A stretch of DNA of 64,000 nt from an uncultured Verrucomicrobiae bacterium. GTDB lineage: Bacteria; Verrucomicrobiota; Verrucomicrobiia; Chthoniobacterales; UBA10450. The notes below the pieces were generated by a model. That model searched no databases, was not told the origin of the DNA, and saw nothing but the letters and a program-made list of their open reading frames with translations. The translations under genes were made by a program, and so were the position numbers. The DNA is taken from the NCBI GenBank assembly GCA_963815455.1, contig CAWFGO010000001.1:320001-384000 (forward strand). The letters are read 5' to 3'. Shown piece after piece: positions 62,605 to 64,000 of the stretch; position 1 is the first letter of the stretch; each line of letters starts with the position of its first letter.

Positions 62605-63485
62605 ATGTTTCGCGGCACTTTCACTGCACTGGTCACGCCATTTCGTAACGGCGATGTCGATCTTCCCGCTTTCGAAAAATTGATCGAAGCGCAAATTGCT
62701 GCGGGAATCAGCGGGCATCGTGGCCATTGGCACGACCGGTGAATCGCCGACTCTGTCACATGAAGAACGCGAGCAGGTCATCCGGCTCGCGATCACGATT
62801 GTGAAGCAAGCGTTGCCAGGTTCTGGCCGGCACCGGTTCCAACAACACGCAACACGCGGTGGCGGATACAAAACGGCGGAAAAACTCGGAGTCGATGGCG
62901 CGTTGGTGGTCGCGCCGTATTACAATAAGCCGAGCCAGGAAGGATTTTTTCGCCATTTCAAGACAATCGCCGGCGCGACCTCACTGCCGATCATGCTTTA
63001 TAATATTCCCGGCCGGTGCGGCGTGGACATCGGCGCCGGAAACGGTGGTCCGCCTCGCGGCTGAATGCCGCAACATCGTGTCGATCAAGGAAGCGAGCGG
63101 CAGCGTCGATCGGGTCAGCGAATTGCGCGGTCGTCTTCCCGATTCGTTCACGATCTTGAGCGGAGACGATTCGCTCACACTGCCATTCATGTCGGTCGGC
63201 GCCGCCGGAGTTGTCAGCGTGGCGTCGAATTTGTTTCCCGCGGAAGTTTGCGCGCTGGTCCGCGCTTTTGAATCCGGCGACATGCAATCGGCGAGAAAAC
63301 AGCACCGGCGAATGTCCGGGCTGTTCAAGGATTTGTTCATCGAGCCTAATCCGGTCCCTGTGAAAACTGCGCTGGCGTGGCGTGGCGCGATGTCGAGCGA
63401 AGTGCGCCTGCCGTTGTGCGAAATGAGCGAAGCCAACCAGACGCGCCTCCGCAAAACGATCGAAGAATTCGAAAAATCGAAATGA
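62605..63485 (+). CDS. dapA: 4-hydroxy-tetrahydrodipicolinate synthase (several frameshifts)
   Basis: TALVTPF, GTTGE, PYYNKP, LYNIPGR, IKEASG, SGDD, NPVPVK. Confidence 0.92.
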
Positions 63486-64000
63486 GCAAACCGGTCCGCG
63501 CATTGCTCATCGGCGCAGCTGGACGCATGGGCAAAACGATTGTCGATCTGGCCAAGCGCGACCCGAACATCGACATCGTAAATCAATGCGATCTTGGCGA
63601 TGCGGTCGAACCGGTCATGAAGAATTGCGATGTGGCCATCGATTTCAGCCAGGCCGACGCGATTGCGGAAATTTGTCGCGGCAGCAATAGCGCATCTGCG
63701 TCCGCTCGTCGTCGGCACGACCGGTCATTCACCGGAGCAGAAACAGTTAATCGAAACGACGGCGCAGTCCTTGCCGATCGTTTTTGCATCAAATTTTAGC
63801 ATTGGCGTGAACGTCCTCTTCTGGCTCACAGGAAAAGCCGGCGAAGCTGGCCGGTGCCGATTTTTCTCCCGCGATCATCGAGAAACATCACACGATGAAA
63901 AAAGATGCGCCGAGCGGCACGGCCAAAACGCTGGCCGAAATTTTGAGATGCGAGCGCAAATCGGAGATCCCGATCCAATCGATCCGCGAAGGCGAGGTCG
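63482..64000 (+). CDS. dapB: 4-hydroxy-tetrahydrodipicolinate reductase, partial (frameshifted, runs off window)
   Basis: GAAGRMG, IDFS, GTTG, NFSIGVN, HH..KKDAPSGTA. Confidence 0.9.

Noticed and set aside
17750..64000. Frameshifts in many genes (mobA, LOG, amidase, terC, rlmD, queE, dapF, dapA, dapB and others) as pseudogenes or programmed frameshifting
   Set aside because: They hit essential genes, are mostly single-base indels with intact motifs on both sides, lack consistent slippery sites, and increase toward the window end. Low-coverage long-read error is the simplest explanation.

Overview
GC-rich bacterial chromosomal segment, probably soil Verrucomicrobiota (Chthoniobacterales/Spartobacteria-like). 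This is inferred from a PEP-CTERM protein, a TIGR04073-like protein, a very long GreA-domain protein and the repeat types. Most of the window is housekeeping or metabolic: thiL, sppA, tRNA-Arg(TCT), cls, ada, a prpDBC methylcitrate operon, a fused ScoAB CoA-transferase, a split IcmF-like B12 mutase, fdhD/MOSC/mobA, an ApbE flavinylation operon, lysS, nnr, terC, serA, queED and dapFAB. Many conserved genes carry single-base frameshifts, which most likely are long-read indel errors. Accessory features are four toxin-antitoxin modules and a 3.9 kb islet. One module is arranged tail-to-tail and one is bracketed by a 130-bp duplication of a host gene end. The islet is built around a gutted DNA methyltransferase. 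Intergenic spaces hold dense, nested palindromic REP-like repeats and short-period tandem repeats. Several of these supply stop codons or coding sequence, flank single genes as inverted pairs, or sit at the IcmF split point. No integrase, transposase, CRISPR array or rRNA was seen.
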